A DNA stretch of 64,000 bases from Antedon mediterranea (taxonomy: Eukaryota > Animalia > Echinodermata). The position numbers were made by a program, and so were the translations under genes. The notes beneath the pieces were generated by a model. The model was not told the origin of the DNA, ran no database searches, and saw only the letters and a program-made list of their open reading frames with translations. Shown piece after piece: positions 50,961 to 64,000 of this stretch. How positions within the stretch are numbered: the stretch's first letter is position 1; each line of letters opens with the position of its first letter. The stretch spans positions 26,833,175 to 26,897,174 of the forward strand of contig NC_092677.1 in NCBI RefSeq assembly GCF_964355755.1. Reading direction: 5' to 3'.

Positions 50961-52149
50961 TTGCGTGCAATATTTTGAAAAACAAAAAATGTTTAATCAT
51001 ACGTCGATGCAAAACAACATTAATATTTATGTATATTATGATAAATTAATCAGCAAAAAATGTATCAGTAGGCCTAATAAGTAAATTCAAATAGAGGGCG
51101 TAAACCATAATTTAATTTTGATAACCAGATAATGACTGATGATTGATAATAATATTATTTTAATTTGTTTTAAAAAGTATAATAAAGTCGTAATATTACT
51201 GACTAAGTACTTTTATAAGTTTCAAAAAATGTTTTTATTTGTATAGGCTAAGTTGTACAATTATGAATAAATCTAAATGTTCGGAAAAGATTCCTAACAT
51301 TTAAAATTTAAAAAAAAAATACCCAAAAAATGACAAATCCTGTAAAAAAAAAATCTAGTTCTTTCGTTTTGTTTAATGAATTAATGATTTATGTTGAATG
51401 AAGTTATCATTGAAAAAATAAATTGAAGATGGACTCCAGTCATTCCACTTTAATTACGATTGATTTTACCGCATAACCTATAGCCCATATAGCCTACCAG
51501 GAGGTGTTTTATTATTAAATATTATTAACTTAACTTTCAATTATTTATAATAATTACCTAAGTGCAGTGCTACACTCAATATTTAATGTACTTGGATTTA
51601 ACTTTCGGCCTATAGTTTTTGTTTAAATTTCAAACATATTTTTTCTTTCAATCAAAAAACAAATGACAACAAAGTACGAATGATGAGTTGTTTTTAATAA
51701 ACACAAGTAAAAGATAAGTTCGATTCTTTGGTGAAACAATACACTATTAAATTTACTACTATCTACTACAGCTACTCTAATATATCCATAGGTTTTTTTT
51801 TTTTACATTTTATTTGGGTCAAGACAAAAATATTTATGATTTCGGGGTAGGGCCTACGTATTGTAGATCGAAAGCGAAAATGTAATATCTTTATCAATAT
51901 CACTATCAGTAGGAGTATTTTTATTGTTTATTTTGTTCTCTTATTATTTCTATATAATTACAGTATTAAAATTATTATTATGTAGACCGTCAAATCAGGG
52001 AGGTATAAACATAATAATATTGTTAGTACATCCCTGGTCGGTCAGATCATGGACCTGTAGGAGGCCAGATCAGATTGTTGTTGTTCACCACTGTTACGTA
52101 ACCCAAATAATATGGTACGTTGATCCTGATTGGTAGAATATTTCATAAC

Positions 52150-52196
52150 ACGTGCTGTTTTGACATCCAAAATGGCAGCCCACATAACAGGTAAGA
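52150..52196 (+). other. Candidate first exon of a divergent transcript (ATG GCA GCC CAC ATA ACA G|GTAAGA)
   Basis: YY1/Kozak-like ccAAAATGGCag followed by a strong donor CAG|GTAAGA. No convincing downstream coding exon found. Confidence 0.35.
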
Positions 52197-52948
52197 GAGC
52201 CTCCACGTGTTATTGTGTTTCAATTAATATTTACTAATGCAAATCTTTATAAAGTATATGCAAATTGATTATGGTTAGTAAATCAAATATAATAGGCCTA
52301 TAATAATTTTCAAAATTGACGTTTTCTAGGCCTAAATATCTATTAGGCCTAGGCTAGCAGGCCAGGGCTAGGCCTAGCCTGTAAGTATACTATCTACTCC
52401 ATGCGGAGTAGAGTAGGGCCTCAAGCTAACTACTGTAGCTAGTAGGCACGGGAAAGGTAGGCCTAGCTAGGCAAAGTGTATGTGGTGGAGAGTTAAGGTT
52501 ATATTAGGGGCCAAATAAGGGTCAATTATTAATAATAAAAATAATTGATAATTAATAACAATTAACATGCTTGTTTTGTTTTTAATTAATCCAAATTTCA
52601 ATCAATCAGAAATATATACTTATAGTTTGTTTTTATTTCAATAAATTAAATAACCATATGCAAAAAGTATGTTTGGGGGTGGTTTGAATAAGAACAGAAC
52701 AATCTAACAACAGGACGCTGAACTTGACTTGCCAAGATATGCTATCGTTCGCTATAATAGTATCGGTCCCACATTATCACCTCTGTCGTTTGTTTATCGA
52801 ATTGCGTACGTTTCGTTGGCGTTTGTAGCATGTTGTTGCTGCATGATTTGTGATATCAACTTATGCGATATAAATCACTACAGAATGTGTATATTCGGAC
52901 CCCAAAAAGACAAATTTCTACTTATAAATAAAAAATATTATTGTATTA

Positions 52949-54089
52949 GGGATACCGAGAGCTGACTCCATTTTCATTACCACGATTAAACAGCGCGCAC
53001 GTTACTATGCGCGCAATGTCATTGACGCGGTATTTTTTTACTTTGGTAAACACTTTTTATTAGGTAATTATTCTGAAAATAAATTAATTATGAAAATATC
53101 CTTTTGAGTAAATATTCATTTACCTATTATTCTATAAGATCAAGTATTTTTTATTTCCATTTCATTCAACCAAAAATGTTAATATAGTGGTTAAAAGATC
53201 GTTATCGCCTAGCGCGTATAGCTTTTGTTTACTACGAAACCCTCGGAAGGCTTAATGACCTACCATTTTCAACCTTATTTTTGTAGTTGAGCCTCTTATG
53301 ACCTCAAAATGTATTTTATTCCTACACCAAGATAATATAGTTCCACATACCATGTGGTTGTTACTAAGAAAAATATTAATTTTAAGTGCTTAAAAAACAG
53401 TTTTATCCCGATATGAGGTCTATATAATTCGAATATTTCATAGTAACAGCCCATATACCATGAAAAATAGCTGTTTTGTCCATTTTAAAAATAATTTTTG
53501 GAAAATTCCGAGAGGCTCAACTACAAAAACGCCATTTTATGGTATGATGTCATCGCAAGCCAATCAAACCTTCGCATTCGACCGCTCCGCATGTCTCACG
53601 GTTGAACGATTTTGGATTCTCGCCCTTTGATTGGTTGACGCGAATCAACACACAGCGGAATAATTTTCTCGCAAGTGCCGTGAAGTCACATGGTGTCAGG
53701 CCTGTCCAATTACACGGGAAAATAATGCATTGAAATTCTTCGAATGAGGTTAAATAAACACTCTTTTTTATATAATAAATAAGTACTATCATATTTGATT
53801 GAATTTTACAATGTTGATATACAAAATATATTACTTAAAACCGTGATTTTATATAATTATTTTTACGAAAAATGACTAGTTCATACAATTGTCGACTGGG
53901 GGCGCAATTTGTTTACATCGTTCGTGGCTAAAAACGATCATTTTCGGCGATGTTTTAAACCCTATATTTCGAAAACTACAAGTCATATTTTCATAATTCT
54001 TTCTTTATTATAATATTGATACAAAATACTAACAGGCAATGTATAATTTGTTTGCAAAATATTAACTTTTAATTTTACATCGTTATCCC
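52949..54089. mobile_element. TIR element of about 1.14 kb (Kolobok/Harbinger-like)
   Basis: attagggataccga..tcgttatccctaat inverted termini. Followed by an orphan end of the pogo-like family (about 54105-54146). Confidence 0.45.
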
Positions 54090-55610
54090 TAATTGTATAA
54101 GAAAGAATTTCGCGATTTTTCGACTTATGCGAAGCGGAGTTGACTGTATAGCTATGAAACAGAACGCTTACAATATTTTGAAATTGTTATGTGTTGTCCC
54201 ACAAATTTGGCATGATGAAGACCAATCAGAACGAATGACCAGATGACATCACTACTTTTACTCAAATAAGTCTGTTTTAAAAATATTTGTTTGTTGTAAT
54301 TTTACTACCAATTATTTTCAAATTGATTAACTCGTAATTTCTAAATATGCTAAGAATTGTTGGTGTGCACATAACGTGTGCTGGAGTGAATGGAGTCGCC
54401 ATTTTTTCTGGTCCATAAGTCTATTTGTCTGATTTTATTTAGCGAGGCAACAATCTCTAAACCCTCGGGCTAAATAAAGAAGAATGAGAGCATAAAGCAT
54501 GAAATTGTTGACTTATTAAGACTGGTAGATATAACAAGCATTGTATAAGACTTTGCTTAGTAGGAGACCATAGACTTATTTCTTATGTGGAAGTAATTAA
54601 AGTAAAAAGAAATGAATAATTACTCAACAAGTTGTAATGCTTAATCCGGTCAATCTTTATAATAATAATAATAATTAATAATAATTTGTAATCTTTATGA
54701 AGAGAATAATAGTTTTTGTTTGATTCTTCATGATATTTGGCCATGTATAATGCCAACCTTTAATTTATTCAATATTAATCCTACTTCATAATTTAAGCTA
54801 TACTTTCAAAAACAAGGGATGGTCAATGTCAAAGTTCAGCAATAAGTCTTCATCCTGAAGAAGGAATGTGAAATTTAGTATTGGGAAAAGTATCAACAAA
54901 AGTAAGGTTTAAATACCAAACATCTGGTATAGAATAGATTGTTATATTTTGACTCAATATCATCAATTTAATCTCTTATTCACAAGTTAAAACCTTAATT
55001 GAAAGGATATGAATGTCTAAACATAAATAAAGATTAAAGATGGTAAAAATACTTTGAATTTCCATGCAGAAGGACAATGTTTTAACATTCTATCTGTAGT
55101 TTATTTTTCATCAGACTTGTTAAAAAACCCATTATTTTATGCCATTTCAAGGATTTACTGAATTTTTAACTTCCTTCTTGATAATTTAGAGCACTTTTCA
55201 TGCAAATTGTGTATGCAAAAAGGACAATGTTTTAACATTATATCTGTATTTTTAAATTAAAAAACCCACCATTTAAGCCATTGTAAGGATTTACACGATA
55301 ATTTAGTCAACTTTTCATGCAACTTGTGTGTGAATTATGTCATCATAGGCCCACCTACCGCTTGGCACACACACAGTGTTTGAGTACAGTATAATGTATC
55401 TGAACTTTACCAATATCAGAAACATAAAAGTGGAATATTGTAAATAAATACTTAACATTCTAATTTTGTTACATGACGGAATTTATATTTAAAGAAATTG
55501 AGAAATAGAAACTGTTTTTTAAATAAATACTATAAATTTCAATCAGGTCATTTTAGTCAAGGAAATTGTAATGAACTTGTTATAAAATTCAAGAAAAACA
55601 AAAACAAAGA

Positions 55611-55786
55611 TGTCTACACTATCAAACTTTATGTGTTATTGTGTCATTAAAAAAAATGGTATGTGCCCATATATGGACATGATGATGTCATATCTCTACC
55701 ATATTTGACCATATCACTACCTACCATATTTGGACATCACATATCACATTTTTTGTCACATAAAGTTTGATAGTATAGACAAGGCT
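55611..55786. mobile_element. Family A MITE
   Basis: tgtctacactatcaaacttt..aaagtttgatagtatagaca. Confidence 0.8.
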
Positions 55787-57067
55787 TTTAGAGGTGCAAA
55801 AGTAGTCGGAAAATTTTTAGTGTGCAATACATGATTTGTATGTTGATTTTTTTAACATTCACTGTAAACGTTGTCTTTGTTGAATTTTATATTTGAGTGA
55901 AATCACATGAATACATATACTCCTCTGTTAACTATTAACTGATGCAGCAATTTCCTTGATGCTCAATATTGATGTCTTTTTTAGCCCCTGGATGAAGTAG
56001 TCAATAGATTATTACAGCCATATGTTATCTGTACAAAGCTGTATTCTCCCAATGATTGCATTTAAAAAACAGATCAAGAATTGAAAGTAAATTGTTATGT
56101 GAAATCCATTTTGAATTTTAAATTTAAAATAATTCGCAGTATTACCATTATGACCTGAGTATAATCACATGCTCAAATATAATTCTGCTACCTAATTTAG
56201 TGTAAATTTAAGCATGAGAAAAGACCATTGGTAATGTAATCCAAGTATGTATGGTATTTGATGAAATAAATGTTTGTTGAATTTAAAATATCCACACCAC
56301 TAATTTTCACAAATTTTCATATTTTGGCCTTTAGGATTATCATATTCATAATTTCAAATCAAATAATTTGTGTTTGTTAATATCTATAGCATACAATTAT
56401 TAATAAAGTAATTTATGTGCATATTAATAATAATTTGTATTCATAAATATAATTTTCAAATTCATATTATTCATATATCAATATTAATGTAAACAAATTA
56501 ATTATTAAATTGCTTATTATGAACACAATTTATGGGAATAATTAAATTAGGTTTATTAATAACACTTATTGCATTGTTATTCTGTTGTAGAAATATTGAT
56601 TATTATCACGGACTAAATGAATCAAATTATGAAGCAAGGCCCAGGCAATTAAATATATTACTGCACTGAATATATTGTTTGTTGTGTTCTGTTATTTAAT
56701 AACATTTATTTATTTATTTATTACCATATTTACTGAGGGTAGCCTATCCAGTTCCTAATAGAACTGATCATTCAGGGCCCTCAACATTGTTGGCCACAAA
56801 AAAACAACTGTGATCTACAGTATGTTAATGTGATATTTAATGAACGTTAGATGATTTCATGGCGAGCAATGTTGATGTGACCTAATAAGGCACCCAATCA
56901 TGTGTAACATTAATGCTAATTTACTCTTTAAATCACAAAGCCAAGGTTGTAACATCAATAATACTTATCAACACAACACCATTAATATACTGTAGTAGTA
57001 GTATCCTCAATCCCATTACTCTAAATACTTAGTCAGTCAGCAGTAGATAACAACATGTATAAGGTCT

Positions 57068-57340
57068 TAAATATGGTAGTGATATGCCCAAATATGGTAG
57101 TGATATGCCCAAATATGGTAGTGATATGCCCAAATATGGTGATGATCTGCCAAAATATGGTAGTGATCTGCCCAAATGTGGTCGTGATATGCTCAAATAT
57201 GATAGTGATATGCTTGGTAGTGATATGCTCAAATATGGTAGTGATATGCCCACATATAGTAGTGATATGACATCATCATGTCCATATATGGGCACATCTC
57301 ATTCTTTTGTCACATAAAGTTTGATAGTGTAAACAGAGCT
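57068..57340. mobile_element. Family A MITE, one end missing, with about 9 copies of the 21-bp unit
   Basis: (aaatatggtagtgatatgccc)n plus core and TIR gtttgatagtgtaaacagagct. Confidence 0.85.
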
Positions 57341-57580
57341 TTAGGCCTTTAAAGAACTGCCTAGATGTACTTTTGAAGATGTTAACCTAAATTAGTACCA
57401 TGCATATGCAATGGTTGCTGATGAAACAAATTAATTTAGAATCAATATAAGTATTGCGGCTTATACTGTATACATGTATACATATTGTAGTTTTTATATA
57501 TATATCTAGGGCTGTTCCGCCGTACCACGCCGAGAATGTTAAAGAGTCGCTATCCAACGAGGTTGAACAATACCATGACA

Positions 57581-57652
57581 GCCCCAGTGGTCTAATGGTT
57601 AGGACATCTGCATATCAAGCAGGCGGTTCGAGTTCGAGTCTCGGTTGGGGCA
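57581..57652 (+). tRNA. tRNA-like gene, anticodon ATC (Asp-like); probably repeat-associated
   Basis: 72-nt cloverleaf: gccccag/ttggggc, gtct/ggac, tctgc-atATCaa-gcagg, tcgag-ttcgagt-ctcgg. Followed by TTTTT. Confidence 0.55.
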
Positions 57653-57810
57653 ACTTTTTCTCATTCTCACAGATTTCCTCATCTTTATCGTTTCAAATTA
57701 ATTAATTAAATTTCAGTATATCACCAGGCGGTTTCGAATTAATTTTCATTGCCTAATGTAATTAATTTGAAACGATAAAGATGAGGAAATCTTTGAGAAA
57801 GAGAAAAAGT

Positions 57811-57882
57811 CGCCCCAACCGAGACTCGAACTCGGACCGCCTGCTTGATATGCAGATGTCCTAACCATTAGACCACTGGGGC
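57811..57882 (-). tRNA. tRNA-like gene, anticodon ATC (inverted second copy, discriminator G)
   Basis: Reverse complement of the 57581 copy, with a perfect T-stem ccgag/ctcgg and a downstream TTTTT. Confidence 0.55.
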
Positions 57883-59550
57883 TTTCATGGTATTGTTCAA
57901 ACTCGATTGGATATACTGTATATATAAATATTACTGTCACTGTTATTCAAATATGTTAATGTACTTCACTGTGCTTGATTTTCTACATGCATTGAAAGAC
58001 ATTTAAAACTATTATGTGTTAGATGAGGTATAAATATAAACACATAATTATCAATAGAATATCTCGGAATTATTAATATGACTTTTTAAAATACGTTTCA
58101 AACATTGATACATTCGTTTCTATCAACTTGAGAGACAGATGCGATTTGCTAATTAATTAATTCAGTTTGCAATCGATAAAGGAATTAGTTTCTGTTGAAA
58201 ACATGAATGAAAGAAATGTGCTGCTTATAAATCAGCTTTAGACATGTAGGTATCTGTTTAAGCCGCGTGGATTTGGACGTGAAGTGTTACTGATGATAAC
58301 GACTGTAACATGATGTAGGCAGAATGCACAATTATGATTCTAATCCTAGCGCTGTGAATCTTATATTATAATATTATAATGTTATTCAACTTTTAAAAAT
58401 ATACTAGTTTAAAATGCAATGCAGATGGGAAAATAACAATGAATTAAAAAAAGTAAGAAATAATTTAAAAATTATTATGTGGTTACTGAAATTTAACTAC
58501 ATTTTTTTACTTTAATAACATATAATTTTAGCTTATTTCAAGTCTGTAGGCGATCACTATTACCTGGTATGATGAACCTAAATTGCATAATGTTTTAAAG
58601 AGTATACAAGATATAGGTTGCAGTAGTATAATTTTAGGTCCTTTCATAAGAAATTATTTTCAGAAATACTGTAAGGAGTGGCGGACAAACAATTTTTTTA
58701 ACCTTTTCTCGAAAAATCTAAAAATTCTGGTTATTAAACATTTAAACATCAATGTATGGCTCGTAGTTCTCATGAAATGTTTCATTTTCAATGTTATACT
58801 TTGAAAGAACATGTTATAATGTTTATATTCATTGCAACTATATTACATACATAATTTTGATATCATATTTGAGTTATTATACACAGTAATAATATTATGG
58901 GACTATAATCTTGGCCAACAGTTATATTTATGACATCAATTGCTGTGTATGTAATATTATTATGTACAAATTTTATTATTGATATGCCTCGGTGGTTTTA
59001 TACCCTCCAAGACTAAGTACAACCTTTACCATACTATAATATTAAATACATTTCATATAAATTTATATTTTTATTAAATATTTATTATACTTGCCAATAA
59101 AAGGAATGTGAAGGTATTTGACAGTTGTTGATTTATTTGTTTTTCTTGTCTAATTCTGTTGAATTTTATTAAATAAAACCAAGTTTATTTTTCATTTAAT
59201 TCATTCATTTTTCGTTTTACGCAAGACATACTCTGTATAATAGACAACATAAAAGGTGGGCGTACATGCTGTATATTCATTCAGCTTATAAATATTAAAA
59301 AGTAGAGGACATTCTATTAATAGAATTCAATGGGGCATTTGTCGTCAGCAATGGATAAATTACCAATTAAAGATTAATGTAACATTACAATTAATGTTAT
59401 TTGAGAGCTTGTATCATTATTATTTTATTGGTTAGGGACCATGTCAACATTAGTCTATCGCATTAATGTAGCTACATTTTTTTTACAAAAAAAATATGAT
59501 TTTAGTAGTAAAATGTGATCTTTCTGTATGCTTAGGTTTTACATTTTTTT

Positions 59551-59698
59551 TATTGTCCCCCATAAACATGAAAAATGAAAATTAGTAAAATCAGATTTTA
59601 AATAGGCCATTTTGTAGTTGTAATCAAATTAATTCCGGAGAAAAAAAATATTTCACTTATAAAAGACAAAACAAAGGAAAACGAGGGATAATACATCT
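59551..59698. mobile_element. Kolobok-like MITE (family K), degenerate
   Basis: tattgtccccc..gggataatacatct|ttaa. Confidence 0.5.
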
Positions 59699-59810
59699 TT
59701 AATTATTTATACAGCATAAGAAAAAAAAACTATTTGAAACACAATCTCTCAAAATACGTTAAAATGTTTTACATTGAACATTAATGTTCCACATCCTCTA
59801 TTAAAGCAAA

Positions 59811-60035
59811 CAGCATTATGGCAATATATTTTTGCTGCCGCTGACTGCCATAAGCGCTGCACTCTAGGCGTGTGCAGCCTGTCAGACCGTAAATCACGAG
59901 CACACATGTGCCTTTAATGACATCATTATCAGGGAATGTGCTACACACTCAGCATACATTTAAGTTTGCGCTTATTATGTAACGCAAGAACGCCATAATG
60001 ATGTGATGAATTTTTGGTCTGTTCTGTGGAAGAGA
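59811..60035 (+). ncRNA. Candidate structured RNA: multibranch fold, Sm-like site and 3' hairpin
   Basis: cattatggc/gccataatg closes several hairpins; AATTTTTGG at 60009-60017. No match to any snRNA I recognise. Confidence 0.3.
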
Positions 60036-63000
60036 AAATAAAGTATTATTGCAAAAATAAATCATTTTAACCAGAAGAAGTATTTATAACAATGTCAACA
60101 AACACTAAATTAACTAATGTTGATAACATAAACAGAAAAATAATGACGGTATAGTATGATGTGTTATACAATACAAATGTTATTTTAATATGGAATATAC
60201 TCTATAAATTATGAACTTTCAAAAGGTTCTAAAAATAGTTAAGACAAAAATTCAAAAAAAGTGTTTTGGAAACCAGCAGATATTTCGTAATTGTTATTTT
60301 CCTTCTTTATTTGTTTTAAACACTATGTGTTAAAATCATTAAAGATATTTTCTGAATTCAGTATCTACTTTTTTTGTTTTGATTCAACACTCATCCAATG
60401 GCAGGCGAGCGAGTGCGATCACGCACCTAACAGTTAACGCCTAAATTTCCCCCGAAGAGTGCGATTTACAACACTTAAATTTGGTATACTTTTACACACC
60501 AAAATACAAATGGCACACCTATAGCACCCCTGAATGTGCAGTCTATTTTGTGCCTAGCTTACCTGGATAAACCGACAATAGCCCATGCTCTCCACAGAGA
60601 GGGCTTAGATACGAAAATTGAAAGTTTCTAGGATACTCCTGGGCCATAATGGACTAGTCCATAACCACGCCCTATAGCACCCCTGAATGTGCAATTTGTA
60701 GCACACCTACAATTTTCAAAGACAAGCCTTACAGATGTCTACACAGAAACAGAAATAAAAATGGTTAATAGTCTGAAGGCTCATGTGAGGTACAGGATTT
60801 GAACCCATCCATTTGGAATTTAAAGCTAGCATGTGCTCGGTGCTACTTGATATTTTTATATAGATTTTTTTTTCTACACTACATACTACACGCCAATTTA
60901 TTTTTCATGCATAGTCCTGTCCATAAAGACGATTACGGGCTTGGAATCAATAATAAAACCTGACATACATATTTACGTTGGCTATGTATTTGTTTTTACT
61001 TTCTCAATTCTATTTAAACGTCGTAAAAAAAAGTATGCAAAAACCAATCAATTAGTTGTCTAAACTAAATACTAAAACTTGCCATGATGATTATTCAATA
61101 TTTTATTGACTTTTATATGACAATAAACAAACATTAAAAACTCGCACCTTATTAAAAAAAAGATATGATAAAAATAAAACATAACCGTAATTGGAAATAT
61201 AATGAAAACCGGACAGAGTTCAATTAATTATGAAATAATTTGTTGAAAACATAACCCTTAGAAATATAATGATAACAAGCTAGAGTTCAATTAACTATGA
61301 AATAATCTGTTGTTGATGATGAAATTTCTGTAATAAACATAATAAAATATATTTGTTGTTCTTTCCAAACAAGATAATTATACTTTATTACTATAAACAG
61401 AAAGATAACATGGCACTGGTCTCCCAATGTTCTATTTAAAAATAACAAAAACAGACCAAAGATCAATATTAATATGTCATTGTCTGTTGTTATTTTAAAA
61501 ATTTAACTGTGATGTGATAAAAATAGCATGTTTTGTTCTTCTGAAGGCTTGATAGACAAAGCTATTTTTTCAAAGCTACATTACACCACATTATGCATCC
61601 TTCTTGATATTACCATAATGTTATAGATCATTATGTAATAAGTAAACATTCATATTAGGAAAGGATCATTGAGAATAATTAAAATAATTTCATAGAACAT
61701 GATGTATTATTCGTTTACAGGAATTTCCTCAAGCATACTATGTGAACTTTATTCAATAACTTATATAAAGGTCATGGTACACATATTTTTGTATAAAAAA
61801 ATACAGAAAATGACTTTTAACTTAATCCTGAATGTCAGTTTGAACAAAGGCTTAATTTCACAGCACTGTATGTTCATTTTCACATCTGTCAATGGGTTTT
61901 AAAAATGGCAGTATAATATTAATGTTTAAAAAAATTAGGATATTTTATAATAATTATATAATTGACTCCACTAAACTGTAGTTTTCATTATCATTATCAA
62001 TCGGTAAAATAATAATTATTTCCTTCATTCATAAACAAACATAAATACAATTTCTTACAGTGTATACAAACAGTAAGGAGCCACAGATTTAAGAAATAAA
62101 GCTAGTGCTGAAAATGCCAACAGAAAATATAATGCACCAGAAAATGCAATTTAAAAACAATAAACTGATATTTCAGTAAACATTAATATTTACAATTCTA
62201 GGATGAGAGGAACGTTATTTCTCTCCTTACAGTCCAACCCCGAGCAGTGCAAAGGTAGGAGAGCCGTTATGACCCCTCTCCATCATCATATATTTGTGCA
62301 TACTCATTTTAGAGCCTGTATCCCTGCCATCCAGCATAATCCCCACCAGCCCGGAGAGAAGATAGGTACCACTGTGAGATAGGCCTTATGCCTGTGCATT
62401 GTATCATGATGAGTACAACTACTGTATCTCATCTGCCACGCCCCTACGATTATCTAGGTCATGGGACAACTAGAAATAGATACCTCCCTCCACACCTTAT
62501 TTTAGCACATACAGCAGGGGATATCTCCCACACCACCTTCTTTTTTCACATATGCATATGCAGATGAGAATGATTTGTTTATTTAACCTAGTGTCGATGC
62601 AAACCTTTGTGTGAGGACAAAAGCCATTTAATTAATTCTTTGTTCCTCATTCAGTGTGCTCAGATTATATGTCAGATTCTGCAATAAAAGTTACATAAAT
62701 ATTATTATTTAACGGTCTTATTATTGCGTGTTTCTATTCCTAGCTTCTAAGTCAGAAGAGCATTGTTCTCATGTGTATACAATTACAGTCAAGATGGTGA
62801 AACCATGCCTAGGCTGTCAACAAGTAGAATACTGTGCATTAATAGACCATAGTAGTAACACTGTTTTAGAGGAGCCATGGATGTCGTAGTGTATCATCAC
62901 ATGACATCAACGACGATATTAGATTAATTACATAGCTTTTACTAAATTAGCTACGTGTGCTTTAATGATAACCAGAACGTGCTTACTAAACATTGTCGGT

Positions 63001-63551
63001 CAGACTTCTCAACACACCTCCTTTAATGCCATGGTTTTTTTATTTGAGTGTTTGTCTTTTTAATCTACCCAGACAAAATCAATAATGGTTAAATTGTTTG
63101 TTTTCATAGTAATTATGCATTCACATGAATTCAGTATATAAACTTTATTCTGACCATTACGGAATAATATTTGATTATAACCAAGTTTTTCTAACAGCTT
63201 TTGTATCTGATATTATAGTTCAGCAAATATGATATATACATTTAGATTTAAGTAAACATCTCCAGGCCCTAAACAGTCAACAATGCCGCTCTCAGCTGAA
63301 TGTGGTTTAAGTATATTTACTCAGAGGTTTAGTAATTCTATGACTTGCAATAGCTATCAAATAATAGATAACATCTATATAATAATGTAGAATTTTTTTT
63401 ACCTACAGTACTGTTTTATCTGACGTGCATTTGGCCTAAAGGTCATTGATATTATTTCTTTAATAGCAAGCAGGTACCGGTAGTATAAACTATAAGCAAG
63501 CAATTTTTATAATGTGTTCAATCGATTCTCTGTATTGTAGATCTATCATTT

Positions 63552-63716
63552 GACCAGTATCATAGGTGAATTCTATAATACAGTACCACATATGTATCAC
63601 ATGTTATAGTGTATCATAGGTCATAAGCCTACCTAAACCTTTTAAGCTTAATATAATGAAGGCACCACATGTGATACATATGTGACACTGTATTTCAGAA
63701 TTTGCCTATGATACTG
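63552..63716. mobile_element. Palindromic MITE-like repeat (related partial copy at about 30825-30935)
   Basis: cagtatcataggtgaattct..cacatatgtatcacatg / catgtgatacatatgtg..agaatttgcctatgatactg arms around cctacctaaacc. Confidence 0.6.
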
Positions 63717-64000
63717 TGTGGAGATACAGTACACTTGGGTGATACAGTATGTTTACAATGTCTTTTTAAATTTATGTTTTAAATGTCCTGGACTTCATAA
63801 TTATGTGTTATAATGATCTATTTTCTAGTTAACAATAATTAGTTTGTGCCGGATATTGACTATAATATATTCAAACACATAAACGTCACATATGCTGATA
63901 GTATACAAACTATATAAAGAGAGAATAAAATGAGTTTTTTTATGAGATGGTTATGATGAAAGTGCTTTTGTAGAATACAGTTGGCTTTAGGCAGAAGATA

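Noticed and set aside
57454-57940. Paired ORFs 57454..57705 and 57746..57940 with the same peptide
   Set aside because: Translations of the inverted tRNA-like arms, not a protein.
58284-58312. CTGATGA inside a small hairpin, a possible hammerhead ribozyme core
   Set aside because: No GAAA or three-way junction in the required arrangement.

Overview
AT-rich, intron-rich animal genomic DNA, probably an invertebrate deuterostome (inferred from Deu-domain SINEs and an NCAM-type gene). About 48 kb of the window (2192-50450, minus strand) is one complete NCAM/Fasciclin-II-type cell adhesion gene. I reconstructed it by hand exon by exon, with GT-AG sites and consistent phases: signal peptide, 26-kb first intron, 5 Ig domains, 2 FN3 domains, a transmembrane segment with a Cys cluster, and a Pro/Glu-rich tail ending in CVMN* (about 935 aa, or 969 aa with the Ser/Thr-rich cassette exon). 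Several candidate alternative exons or splice sites would give GPI-like, short-tail and long-tail isoforms. Introns and the upstream region are dense in non-autonomous DNA transposons (PIF/Harbinger, Tc1/pogo, P-like, piggyBac-like, Kolobok-like, hAT-like), tRNA-derived SINEs, LINE tails and minisatellites. Upstream of the gene are a possible divergent first exon (about 52.2 kb), an inverted pair of intact-looking tRNA(ATC)-like genes (57.55-57.91 kb) and a multi-hairpin segment followed by an Sm-like site (59.8-60.0 kb). All calls come from reading the sequence; no searches were run.
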